Shown: piece after piece, positions 51,171 to 63,935 of the stretch | Layout: every line of letters starts with the position of its first letter | Numbering within the stretch: position 1 is the stretch's first letter | NCBI RefSeq assembly: GCF_001194135.2 | Contig: NC_068995.1 | Location: 33,145,489-33,209,488, forward strand | Origin: Octopus bimaculoides | Lineage: Eukaryota | Reading direction: 5' to 3' | DNA length: 64,000 bases | Made by a program: the position numbers and the translations under genes | Notes under the pieces: generated by a model | Told to the model about the DNA's origin: nothing | Databases searched by the model: none | The model's input: only the letters and a program-made list of their open reading frames with translations

Positions 51171-54100
51171 GGGATACTTATAAAGTTAATCAGGTTACAC
51201 AGGAAGGCATCATAGCTAACAATTAATACCAATCCACTATAATCAATGGTGAGCTACTGAAGACTGAATACTTTTTCATTAACAGTAGCTCCACATAAAC
51301 TGTTAGTAGTCAACTTTATAATACATGTGTAGAAGTCAAAAATACTGATGTTACTCCACACAATCCATATAGGTCAACTTCATGGTACACATGAGAAAGT
51401 CAAAACTCCAAGGCCACCCTACACAACCTGTATGGGTAAACCACAAGGTACATATGGAGAAGTCAGGATACTAGTTGCCTCATGGGAATTTTTTCCACTT
51501 CAAGGACAAACTAAAAGAGAATCTGTGTGACAGGCGTAAATGAATGCCAAGTCCTGGTATTCACCCTCACTAATCTATGGCTATTACATTCTAAGATCCA
51601 ATAAGTAATCCAATGGGTAGTTAAACTCAGCAAGTTAAAAAGACACCAGTTGTCAAGTGCTGGTGAGGACAAACACAGACACAGAGACACATGCGCACAC
51701 ATACACACATGTTCACGCGCTCACACACTTACACACACACACACACACACATGATGGGCTTCTTCTAGTTTCCATTTACCAAATCCATTCACAAGGCCTG
51801 AGGTTATAGTAGAAGCCACTTGCTCAAGGCATCACTCAGTGGGATTGAACCCCTCCACACTTGTAAAAACAACATGAATGTGTTTCATGTAGTCATTTTA
51901 CCAGATCCAATGCTGGACTTAACAGTACACATCTATTGACATAATCTTACCAAAATAAGATTATATGGCCATCGCAGGAAATAAATATATATGTGATCCA
52001 CTTAGAGGCAGAAGTTTATGATGCAGCAAAGACTCAAAATATCATCACATATTTACACACACAGAAACACATAACACACAGACACATACACACAAGTTAA
52101 TGTGCTCTGATGTGTGTGTGTGTGTGTGTGTGTGTTGGGTGTGTGTATATGTGCAGCCATATGTCCAAAAAAACTTTAGAAGTACACAAATATATCTACT
52201 TATCTACCGACCTATATCCCAGTATATTCTAACAAACATACAAACGTATGTAAAGAGAGAGAGGAAAGGGCATGACTATCTGTCAACCAGCACACCTACC
52301 TATCAACCTATCTACCTACCTACCTTTCAACATACATACATACATAATGACATTCATACATATACATAAAAAATTGTAACCATGCACACATATGTGTCAT
52401 ATTTATAAGCTTCTAATCTCTTTGTTGTTGGAAAATGTGCATTCTTTCTCTGATGAATGTCTAACAATTGTATGAAACAGGCAGATCAATCTATTGTGAT
52501 TTATATTTGGTTCTCTGTATTCTGAATTCAAATTAAATCAAGGTCAACTTTGCTTTTCATTCTTTTGGGACTAATACATATAGTAACCACCTTAGTGCAG
52601 GAGACCTTTCTACCACCAGTTGTCACATTCTGGATATTCTGTTGAGTGGATCAAGGGTGAGAGAAACAGAAGATCAAGAAAGTGTGTTTCTTTACAACTT
52701 GATGGCCATCTGAAATCATTAATAGAATCCTGGCATATGCTCGTACTAAGTCATACTCAATTATGAAAGATGGGTGTTTGTGAATGTGTGTGTGTGTGGG
52801 GGGGGGGGGTGCAAGTGCGCATTTGTGTGTGAATCTTCATTTTACATTTGTTTCTCATGCTGGCATGAGTTGGATAGTTCAACAAATGTGTCAAACTGTC
52901 TGAGAACCAAATCTTGCTCTAATCTTTGTTTTGGTTTGGTTTCTAACACTTGGATGTCCATCCTAACACCAACTGCTTTACAGAGTTTACCTGGTGCATT
53001 TGTGGCACTGATGCAAAAGAAAGCCTTCCTGGTGGATGGAACAGAATTATTGTAGTGCAAGGATGGTTGTGAAGAGAATAAGTGAGAGAACAGTGATGGG
53101 GTAAGAGTAATGAGGGAGACAGAGGGGGTATAGGGAAGAGTAAGGTCAGGAAATAGTGTGAAGGAGAGAGGATGGGTACAAAGTAATAATAGTAATGATG
53201 ATAGAGTAGGTGGAGAAGTCAAGATACAAGTTGTTTTGCATATGACTCATGGGAATTTCCTCCACTTCAAAGACAAACTAAAAGAGAATCTGTGTGACTT
53301 GTGTAAATGAATGCCAAGTCCTGGTATTTACACTCACTAAGCTATGGTTATTATGTTCTGGTATCCAATAAGTAATCCAGTGGGTAGTTAGACTCAGCAA
53401 GTTAAAAAGACACAGAATTAAGGACATAAATATGGAGTAAGGCAATAAAGCATTAGACATATCTTTTATCCTTTATCTTTTACTTGTTTCAGTCATTAGA
53501 CTGTGGCCATGCTGGGGCAGCGCCTTGAAGGATTTTTAGTTGAATGAATTGACCCCAGTACTTTCTAAGCCTGATACTTATTCTGTTAGTCTCTTTTGCT
53601 GAACTGCTAAGTGATGTAAATGCACCAACACCAGTTGTGAAGTGGTAGTGGGAACAAACACGCACATACACACACACACACATGATGGGCTTCTTTCAGT
53701 TTCCAGCTACCAAATCCAATCACAAGGCCTTGGTCAGCCCAAGGCTATAGTAAAAGACATTTTCCCAAGATGCCATGCAGTGGGACTGAACCCCACTTCA
53801 CAATTGTAAAAACAACATGAATGTGTTTCATGTAGTCACTTTACCAGATCCAATGCTGGACTTAATAGTACACATCTATTGACATAATCTTAACAAAATA
53901 AGATTATATGGCCATCGCAGGAAATAAATATATATGTGATCCACTTAGAGGGAAAAGTTTATCATACAGCAAAGGCTCAAGATATCATCACATATTTACA
54001 AACACAGAAACACATACACACAAGTCAATGTGCTCTGATGTGTATGTGTGTGTGTGTGTGTGGTGTGGGGATGCACACAAGTATAATTATTAATGTGTGT

Positions 54101-54208
54101 GTCTGTATGTCTTTGCTTGATTCAAACATAAGAATGTATGCATCTGTCTAACTTTTAAAATCTCTCAATACACCGAAACTCAAATGTAAATCTTCCAGCT
54201 TAAAACCT

Positions 54209-54325
54209 TATTATCCCACCTGAGGAGTCTCCTATGCACTGTGCATTGCATCTGGGTTTATTGCATCGTTCCACGCCTGCAAGGGAGCAGTGCATCTTGA
54301 AGATGAAACAATTGTTGTGGTAATA
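54209..54325 (+). ncRNA. Type I hammerhead with extended stems I and II
   Basis: TATTA-tc-CCAC-CTGAGGA-GTCTCC-t-ATGCACTG…CAGTGCAT-ctt-GAAGAT-GAAAC-AATT-GTT-GTGG-TAATA. Palindrome AACAATTGTT; G10.1·U11.1 wobble and one stem II mismatch. Confidence 0.75.
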
Positions 54326-54369
54326 TAAATTTTGTTGTTGGTACATTCTGTCTTCTCATTTTATCTTTA

Positions 54370-54401
<32 letters not shown>

Positions 54402-54507
54402 ACTTGGGGATGGTCATATTGCCAGTTTAGCCAATAAAAACACACGCACTGTATATTTGGTGTTAATTTGCTTCAGCTTTATATTAGATTAATCTTAATC
54501 TTATTTC

Positions 54508-54552
54508 GGCCAGAGTTCTTTCGTCACACTTCTGTGACCTCATCAGTGGTCC
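54508..54552 (-). ncRNA. Minimal type I hammerhead
   Basis: Minus strand: GGACCA-CTGATGA-G-GTCACA-GAAG-TGTGAC-GAAAG-AA-CTC-TGGCC. 6-bp stem II, CUC triplet. Confidence 0.8.
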
Positions 54553-55473
54553 TTTGTTTCCTTCCTTCTTATGTGTGTCTCACCTTGCTAAATATCANNN
54601 NNNNNNNNNNNNNNNNNNNNNNNNNNNNNNNNNNNNNNNNNNNNNNNNNNNNNNNNNNNNNNNNNNNNNNNNNNNNNNNNNNNNNNNNNNNNNNNNNNNN
54701 NNNNNNNNNNNNNNNNNNNNNNNNNNNNNNNNNNNNNNNNNNNNNNNNNNNNNNNNNNNNNNNNNNNNNNNNNNNNNNNNNNNNNNNNNNNNNNNNNNNN
54801 NNNNNNNNNNNNNNNNNNNNNNNNNNNNNNNNNNNNNNNNNNNNNNNNNNNNNNNNNNNNNNNNNNNNNNNNNNNNNNNNNNNNNNNNNNNNNNNNNNNN
54901 NNNNNNNNNNNNNNNNNNNNNNNNNNNNNNNNNNNNNNNNNNNNNNNNNNNNNNNNNNNNNNNNNNNNNNNNNNNNNNNNNNNNNNNNNNNNNNNNNNNN
55001 NNNNNNNNNNNNNNNNNNNNNNNNNNNNNNNNNNNNNNNNNNNNNNNNNNNTATATATATATATATATATGGTATGAACCATGAACCAACAGCCTGATAT
55101 GAGGTGCAGATGAGGGCAGCAGAATCAACCTCCCTCATACACCAAATGGGCCAACAGCTGGAGCAAAGGCATATACAGGAGTGGTGATGTGAAACACCCC
55201 AGAATGAGGAAATCAAAAAGACCACGGTGGTGCTCCAGCATGACCACAACTGCATGGCTGAAACAAGTAAAAGAATAATAGAATATATATATCATAATCA
55301 TCATCATCATCGTCGTCGTCGTCGTTGTTTAACGTCCATTTTCCATGCTGGCATAGGTTGGACAGTTTGAGAGCCAGAAGGCTGCACAAGGCTCCAATCT
55401 GATCTGGCAATGTTTCTACAACTAGATACCCTTCCTAATGCCAACCACTCCAAGAGTACAGTAGGTGCATTTT

Positions 55474-55870
55474 ACATGCCACCAGCACAGGAGCCAGTCA
55501 AGCAAGCCTGGCATTGATCACATTTGGATAGTACTTTTTACGTGTCACCAGCATGGGAGTCAGGGAGGGAGTACTGGCATCAGCCATGTTTGGATGGTGC
55601 TTTTTACATGTCACCAGCACAGGGACCAGCCAGGCGATCCTGGCATCGATCACGTTTGGATAGTGCTTTTTATGTGCCACCAGCACAGGAGCCAATCAGG
55701 TGGTACTGGCATTGGCCACATTCAGATGGTGCTTTTTATGCCCCACCAGCACAGGAGCCAGTCAGGGAGTACTGGCATTGGCCATGTTCTGATGGTGCTT
55801 TTTACATGCCACCGGCACAGGAGCCAGTCAAACGGACCTGGCATTGACCATGTTCAAATGGTGCTGTTTA
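55474..55870. repeat. Six tandem 66-bp units inside an RTE 3' UTR (RTE tail about 55290-55880, minus strand)
   Basis: 22-residue periodicity in the ORF track (TCHQHRSQ…VLF); the same unit occurs in other RTE tails. Confidence 0.9.
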
Positions 55871-56551
55871 TCTGAACGTGGTTGATGTCAGGTCTGCCTA
55901 AATATATATATATATANNNNNNNNNNNNNNNNNNNNNNNNNNNNNNNNNNNNNNNNNNNNNNNNNNNNNNNNNNNNNNNNNNNNNNNNNNNNNNNNNNNN
56001 NNNNNNNNNNNNNNNNNNNNNNNNNNNNNNNNNNNNNNNNNNNNNNNNNNNNNNNNNNNNNNNNNNNNNNNNNNNNNNNNNNNNNNNNNNNNNNNNNNNN
56101 NNNNNNNNNNNNNNNNNNNNNNNNNNNNNNNNNNNNNNNNNNNNNNNNNNNNNNNNNNNNNNNNNNNNNNNNNNNNNNNNNNNNNNNNNNNNNNNNNNNN
56201 NNNNNNNNNNNNNNNNNNNNNNNNNNNNNNNNNNNNNNNNNNNNNNNNNNNNNNNNNNNNNNNNNNNNNNNNNNNNNNNNNNNNNNNNNNNNNNNNNNNN
56301 NNNNNNNNNNNNNNNNNNNNNNNNNNNNNNNNNNNNNNNNNNNNNNNNNNNNNNNNNNNNNNNNNNNNNNNNNNNNNNNNNNNNNNNNNNNNNNNNNNNN
56401 NNNNNNNNNNNNNNNNNNNNNNNNNNNNNNNNNNNNNNNNNNNNNNNNNNNNNNNNNNNNNNNNNNNNNNNNNNNNNNNNNNNNNNNNNNNNNNNNNNNN
56501 NNNNNNNNNNNNNNNNNNNNNNNNNNNNNNNNNNNNNNNNNNNNNNNNNNN

Positions 56552-56593
<42 letters not shown>

Positions 56594-57889
56594 GCATAAC
56601 TATCAACCTGCCTACCTATGTTTCAACAGACATACATACATGCATGCATACATAATGACATTCATACATATACATAAAAAATTATAACCATGCACATATA
56701 TGCATCATATCTACAAACTTCTAACCTCTTTGTTGATGGAAATTGGGCATTCTTTCTCTGATGAATGTCTAACAAGTGTACGAAACAGGCAGATCAATCT
56801 ATTGTGATATATTCTGAGTTCAAATCAAGCCAAGGTCAACTTGCCTTTTATTCTTTTGGGGTTAATAAATAAAGTGATCAACTTTCTACTATTAGTTGTC
56901 ACATTCTGGATATTCTGTTGGTTGGATAAAGGGTGAGAGAAATGAAGAATCAAGAGAGTGTTTCATTACAACTTGTTGGCATCTGAAACCATTAGCAGAA
57001 TCCTGGTATACCCTAGTACTAAATCACATTCAATTGTGAAAGATGTTTGTGTGTGTGTGTGTGTATGTGAATGTGTGTTTTTGTATGTATGAATGTGTGT
57101 GCATGTGTGAGAATGTGTGTGGGAATGTGCATGTGTGAATGTGTGTGTGTGTGTTTGAATGTGTGTGTGAAATGTGTGTTTGTGTGTGTGTGTGTCTGTG
57201 GAGGGAAATATGTGTGTGTTTGAATGTGTGTGTATTTGTGTGTACACATGTGTGTGTATGAATCATCATCATTTTACACGGTTGGACAGTTCAACAAATG
57301 TGTCAAACTGTCTGAGAACCACATCTTGCTCTAATCTCTGTTTTGATTTGGTTTCTACAACTGGATGTCCTTCCTAACACTAACTACTTTACAGAGTTTA
57401 CCTGGTGCATCTGTGGCACTGATGGGGTTGACTTTTGCTTGCAATGCAAAAGAATGCCTTCCTGATGGATGGAACAGAATTATTGTAGTGCAAGGATGGT
57501 AATGGAGAGAATAAGTGAGAGTAGAGTGTTGGGGTAAGAGTAATGAGGGAGACAGAGGGGGTATAGGGAAGAGTAAGGTCAGGAAATAGTGTGATGGAGA
57601 GAGGGTGGGTACAATGTGATAATAGTAATGATGATAGAGTAGGTGGAGTAGTTGGACCCAGGAATAGTGTAGGCTGATCCATATGTCATATCTTTATGGT
57701 TTAAACAGTTCAGCAGGGTTCAAGATAGTTTTTAGTGGAGTTACACAGTTTCACAGTAAAAGAGGAGTGAAGGTAGCAAAGGAAAGACTAACAGAAACAG
57801 TGTCAGGGAAGTGGGTAATATGAGGGAAAGAAAGTTGTTTTAGAGTACAGCAAGGCACCTGGTATCTTGGTTCTTTGTCATCTCCTTTG

Positions 57890-58221
57890 TAATGTTCAGC
57901 ACCTTGAGATCGGCCTTCAGTGCTTTGTCCCATGTTTTTCTGGGTCTCCTTCTTCCTCAAGTTCCTTCCACTTTAAGTGATCAGCACTTTGTTATGCAAC
58001 TGTTCACATCCATATACATCACATGACCAAAACAGTGCAGTCTTATGCCTAACTTTTCTCTCAATGCACTAATACTTTGTTGCATATGCACACTGACATT
58101 GTACATCCAGTGGAGTATACTAACTTCCTTCCTCTCTAGCCTTTGCACGTCCTCTGCATTCATGGCCCCAAGTAGCATTGCAGTTCATACACATGCATCA
58201 TACAATCTCATTTTCACTCAA

Positions 58222-58270
<49 letters not shown>

Positions 58271-58360
58271 AAGAGAGAGAGATAGAGAGAGAGCTCTGGT
58301 TGCCAACAAAGCTAAGAGCTCTCTAAACTTTTTGCACCCTATTCTTATTCTAGCAATTAC
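57890..58360 (-). mobile_element. RTE LINE RT fragment interrupted by (GA)n
   Basis: NAEDVQRLERKEVSILHWMYNVSVH…LREKLGIR. Confidence 0.8.
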
Positions 58361-58887
58361 AGTTCATATACACATATGCAAATAAATATAATGTATGTAT
58401 GTATGTATGTATGTGTGTGTATGTATGTATGTATGTATGTATGTATGTGTGTATTCAGAGAGATATATATTGCATACAACCCTATACATCATGCTTACAA
58501 AAAATCAAATACATACATATTCATCATATAAATAATTACTCGCATACTCAAGGGACAGTTGCTTACACATAAACAGCACACATTGTTGTAAAGGATTTAG
58601 TTTACTTTTTCTTTCATCTTATTCTTCTCTTTGTTTCACTTTCAGTCAGCTTCTACCTCTCTCACTCTTCCCCGTCTTCAACCCTCTCTCTTGCCCCTCT
58701 CTTCATCCCCTCTCTTCTCTCTTGCGTTTCCACCTTTTTAATTACATTCAATAATTCTGCGTGAATAAGTCATGATGGAATTAAGTTAGTTATGCTGCCT
58801 GTCACCACTCTCACCACCCTCTTGCCATTGTTTCTCCTACTCTATGCTAGGCCGTTTAATACCATCTCAAATGTTTACCAGATGTAC

Positions 58888-58980
58888 CTTTATAACTGTT
58901 TAAACATAGTATTATAGAGGCACGATTTGCAATAAAACCTGAACTTTTCCAACACAGTAATTTTGACACATTATCTGATA
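58888..58980 (-). CDS. Candidate 93-nt phase 1-1 exon (VSDNVSKLLCWKSSGFIANRASIILCLNSYK)
   Basis: ttcaatAG acceptor, AAG|GTACAT donor, one open frame. Confidence 0.2.
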
Positions 58981-59769
58981 CTATTGAACAATTTTGTATA
59001 CATTCTTCATCATCATCATCACCATCACCACTATCATCATCATCATCACCACCACCATCAGTAGCAGTTGTAGTAGCAACAACTATACCATTATTATTAT
59101 CCACATCACCAATACTGTTAACATCAATACCACCAATGAACTTCCTACACCACCAAGAAGAAGAACAACAACAACAGCAGCAGCAGCAAAACTGCTTCAT
59201 TCATTATCATGTTAATCATCTCATTGGCTTTTCTGTCTATTTTCTTCCATGCTGGAATAGAGTGAGTGTGTTAAGTAGTCTGTGAAAAGTCAAACTTAGT
59301 ATCCTCTGGAGAGTTAGTGGAGGATATGACTGACAATTGACTGGAAACAATTCTGGGCATTAATAACAAAAGTCTGAGAAGTCTCTTCTGGAAGAATTTT
59401 TAAGTCCAGATATTACACTGTGTGACAACTTTTGTCCTTGAGTAGCATCTGTTATTTGCTATTTGCTGACCCCTAGAAAGCATGAAAAATGGCTAATATT
59501 TCCTTCACACTTTGTTTTTGCTACATGTATTCAAACCCCAAAGAATCCTTCTCAGCACATGGCTATGATGCTCCCCAAGTACTCCTGCTCATCATAAGAG
59601 ATGCACATATTGTCAGCCACTAAGGGACATGCTCAAGTGGTTATAGTCAAGCAAATAACAAGCAAATCTGTGGTATTAAAACTTAGATAAAACTTAGATT
59701 TGTTTCGACCAAAAATTGGTCCAGGCCATGTCTAACTTAATAGCACCACCTGATAGGATTATCTAAATC

Positions 59770-59950
59770 CTTTTTACAGTCAATTTTGGTCTATGGTCCA
59801 TTCAAGTAGTGAGTTCTTATTGAGTGAGTTGTATCCAGGTATGGGTGGCTTGTCTGGTACTCTTTGAAGAAAGCTGTCTAGACTCCGTTTAAAGCTGAGA
59901 AGAATGTTTGCTATAATGGTATTTCTGCTTCAGCAACTCAGCTCTATATC
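59770..59950 (-). mobile_element. CR1-like LINE 3' end
   Basis: FKRSLDSFLQRVPDKPPIPGY…NSLLEW. Confidence 0.55.
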
Positions 59951-60594
59951 TGTCTGAAATATAATGGAAGACAGGTCGGTTTCAAAACATTGATGTCCAG
60001 GTCACAAAAGCAAAGTTTGAAGGGAATAGTAGTCATTTTTCTAAATTTCTAGATAGAAGCAAATGGGAAATAACATTTACTGATCAAAGACAAAAATCAT
60101 GAGAACTTTGTTTGCAACAGTGTAATGAACACCTTCCAAAAGACCTTGTTTTAGCAGTGCTACAAGGGTGGAGAAAGCATTGCCTCTTCAAGTCAAGTCC
60201 CACAGGCATTCAAGTGCCATCAGCCAAAACTATGTGTTATGTGTGCAGGGCTCATACATGTTCAGTGCCACTACACTGCCAACTTGTGGGCATGTGTCAA
60301 GCAGGTGCTATAAGGCTTAACGCTTTATCATTTAGACCAGCCACATCCAGCCAAGATATTCTACCTGTTTTATGTTCAATCCAGTCAGATCTGGTTTCTC
60401 ATGCCTACCTTTCAATGTCATTCTAAAAATGAACAGCTACATCATTGAAATTTTGGAGCTATGAGATAATGTGTGATTGTTCAAAACAACAACAATGTTG
60501 ATAAATAAGCAATACATTTGACAGAATTATCTGAATGTTAAAAGATTAAAGCACATCCTGCAATTAACCAAGTCTATCTTGAAGTCCATCTTAC

Positions 60595-60634
60595 CTTTTT
60601 CATTTAGCAAAGGTGATTTGTCTTCCTCTGCCTG
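60595..60634 (-). CDS. Candidate 40-nt exon QAEEDKSPLLNEK
   Basis: T-rich acceptor …ttctgcggccAG, strong donor AAG|GTAAGA, open frame containing a DxxxLL-type motif. Confidence 0.35.
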
Positions 60635-63559
60635 CTGGCCGCAGAAAAAAAAATAATAAGTGCATAATGAACATGATTGAAAGGTTTGATGACAGAGATT
60701 TTTCTCTCTGGCCAAGCCCTCATCTTCTTTAAGTACCACTTGAACAGGTAAGTGAGGCAGATGAGAAGTGCCGCTCTCTACTGTTGCTTTAAAAAAGGTG
60801 GATAAGAGTGGTAAAACTGATTCTAATTAATTGAGTCTGCTGTGATTATGCTACTGTAAACAGGTGAAAGACTGGGAGAGGGCAATTTTGCTTTTAATAC
60901 ATCTGAGTGATTCAAAATGTTTAGTAGAATTTTCTCTCAAGATGGTTTTCTTCTCTCTGTTGTAGATAACAAAAAACATTAACAAAAATGTATCTCCATA
61001 TAGTAGATAAGATTTTAAAAAACCTGTCTGGGGACATTTTCTTGTAAATACTTTTCGTTATAGGCGTAGAAGTGGCTGTGAGGTAAGTAGCTTGCTTATG
61101 AACCACATGGTTCCAGGTTCAGTCCCACTGCGTGGCACCTTGGGTAAGTGTCTTCTACTATAGCCTTGGGCCAACCAAAGCCTTGTAAGTGGATTTGGTA
61201 GACGGAAACTGAAAGAAGCCCGTCGTATATATATATATGTATATGTATATATATATATATGTGTGTGGGTGTTTGTGTGTCTGTGTTTGTACCCCCAACA
61301 TCGCTTGACAACCGATGCTGGTGTGTTTACGTCCCCGTAACTTAGCAGTTCGGCAAAAGAGACTGATAGAATAAGTACGAGGCTTCCAAAGAATAAGTCC
61401 CGGGGTCGATTTGCTCAACTAAAGGCGGTGCTCCAGCATGGCCGCAGTCAAACGACTGAAACAATTAAAAGAGTGAAAGAGTATCCTAAGTTGGCAAGCT
61501 GGCAGAAATGTTAGCATGCCAGGCAAAATGCTCAGCAGTCTTTCATCTGTCTTTACGTTTTGAGTTCAAATTCTGTTGAGGTTGACTTTGCCTTTCATCC
61601 TTTCGGGGTTGATAAATTAAGTACCAGTTACGTACTGGGGTCGATTTAATTGACTGGTCCCTTCCCCCAAAATTTCAGGGCTTCTGCCTACAGTAGAAAA
61701 GAATATTTTTTGTTATCCAATTCCACCCCTCTCCTCCTCCCTTTTGCTGTTGTTATTTTGTATTGTATGGTATAGTTGGTTTTAACAGTGCAACAAGTCT
61801 GTTTAAAAATAATTTAGTCTGAAGAACTGGTCAACTCCACAGGAACTTATCTGGGGTTTTTTTTGGGTTTTTTTGCAAAAATTAAAAAAAAAGTGAATTA
61901 ATACATGGCATCCAGATCTTCAATAGAATACTGGAGGGAGATAAATTCTGATCAGAACAGCACTTTTGACACTACCATCTTCATCTTAAACCAAAACACC
62001 ATTGCTGACAGAAAGAATGACAACAAAAATGAAAGAAGACAGCAATGATGAAGACTAAAGTAAAAAAAAGAGCAGCTACAGCTACAACAATAACTACAAT
62101 AACAACAGCAAAAACATTGATAACAAAAGAATTAAAATAAGATTAACAGCAGCAACAACACACTTGCCAATACTACCAATAAAGTCACCACCACCACCAC
62201 AACCACCATCATTAACATGAATATAATTAATAATGACAATGTTGCAGCTAGTAATCCAACTGCTAATGACTTTGCTAATGCAATCTGTATGCAAGAATCC
62301 ATTTCTCTAATCATGCTGGATTTGAAAAATATGACACATTTCATAAGTAGATATGGATGACGGAAACTGAAAGAAGCCTGTCATATATATATATATATAT
62401 AAATAATACTAAAACTTGTGTATAACTGAAATATCTCAGAAATGGTATATTTTATCTTAATTTTTTTTTTTACATATTTATTTTCATACTTACCTACAGC
62501 AGTGCAATACAAATTTTTGTGACATTTGGATCTCTATTTAAATGATTAAACACAATTTTTGTTTGTTATTTCTTGACAAAAAAAAAACATAGCTTCTGTG
62601 ACATCAACATACATACAGAATACACACACATATAATGAATGTCATGGCGTGTCAATCAACACAAACACACGTCTGCTATCTGTGGCATATACACACACAT
62701 AGTCTTCACACTCTCTAAAAGAAAAAAAGTGAACTTTTTAACATACACAATATTTTAATCATTTAAAAATATTTTTAACTGAATGTAATTTCATCATCTG
62801 GAGTACATTAATTTCCATAATTTTTTTTATTTATTTACTTTTGTTTTAAAGTGAAAGACAGGAAAAAGTGAAAGCTGTATGTACGTATATATGAAATGGA
62901 TGTGTGTGTGTGAAAGAGAGAGAGAGTGAGTGAACGTGTGTTCTCATGTATATGTAAATGGCACTCTCTCTCTCCCTCTCTTCCTCTCTCCCTCTCTCTC
63001 TCTCTCCCTCTCTCTCCCTCTCTCTCTTTCTCTCACATACACACACACATCCATTTCATATACATGTTCATACATCTTTCACTTTCTCTTCTCTTTCACT
63101 TTAAAAGAAAAGTAACAGGTGGTTTTCAGGATAAAAATTGTTAAAAAAAAGTTTCTACTCATGTAAAATTCACACCCAAAAGTTTTCAGAATTGCTGATA
63201 TGGCCAGGGGGAAAAGGTTTGCAATTTAGTTGTATTCAGCATAATTTCACTTACTTATGATTAAATTTTCATTAGATTTAAGCCCTTATTTTTCTGTAAA
63301 TCCTATTCTGACATCAAATGAGTCAACTTCTGGTATGAATTTTTACATTTTGTACCCCCCCCCCCCAAAAAAAAGCATCGATTTTTTGACGTACAGACAC
63401 ACTGACATACAGAAATATCTTTTTTTTGCGGTGATTACTTATAATTTCATCATTTCAGATTTTATTCTATTTCATTCATTTTACATTTGTAATCTCTTTG
63501 TTGGTTTGATTTAATTTTCTTATTACAACATTACATACAAAAATAAGCACTGATCAATT

Positions 63560-63888
63560 ATGCCACGTGGAAAGAGACAGGATCATCGTGGTTAAGAGAT
63601 GATACCAAAAGGTGTTGGGAAGAAGCAAGGGCAAGGAGACAATAGGAAACAGCTGAGATGATGACAGAACGACTTCAGGATAACAGAGCCATGCAACAAA
63701 GAAGGAGGCAAGGAGAGACTGAAGAAGATAGGAATGCACGTCTCCAGGATATGAGACAAAGAACAAATAGCAGAAGACTTGCAGAAATGCCTGGGATGAG
63801 GGCTGCTCAGCTCTTAAACAACAGGGTGAAGAAAGAAAAAAAAGATAGAGGGAGCAATGGAAGGAAATGGATCCACTCTTTCTGCTGA
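63560..63888 (+). mobile_element. Helitron RepHel N-terminal relic (STPR-like repeats)
   Basis: ATGCCACGTGGAAAG (MPRGKR) then, across frameshifts, ERLQDNRAMQQRRRQGETEEDRNARLQDMRQR. Confidence 0.5.
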
Positions 63889-63898
63889 TAAGTTAGGT

Positions 63899-63935
<37 letters not shown>

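Larger units (their letters stand above)
51470..57650 (+). repeat. Old tandem duplication: unit A about 51470-53220, unit B about 53245-57650 (expanded by insertions and gaps)
   Basis: Collinear matches 51480-52100 vs 53245-54060, and 52270-53220 vs 56590-57650. Confidence 0.9.

Noticed and set aside
52447-52490. CTGATGA…GAAACAGGCAGA (also at about 56757-56800) as a hammerhead
   Set aside because: No U at position 16.1 (GGC instead of NUH) in both copies and a poor stem II.
55465-55875. Repeat ORF (TCHQHRSQ…) and a CRISPR-like appearance
   Set aside because: Head-to-tail 66-bp units with no unique spacers, inside an RTE 3' UTR, with no cas genes. Frames stay open because the unit length is a multiple of three.
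6684-56551. Long ORFs full of X in the track (e.g. 9588-10832, 55854-56606)
   Set aside because: Artefacts of N-gaps being translated.
58990-59215. Poly-S/poly-Q/poly-T ORFs
   Set aside because: Mosaic of trinucleotide microsatellites that is open in several frames.
60608-60747. Plus-strand exon ending CAG|GTAAGT
   Set aside because: Strong splice signals, but stops in all three frames; at most a UTR exon.
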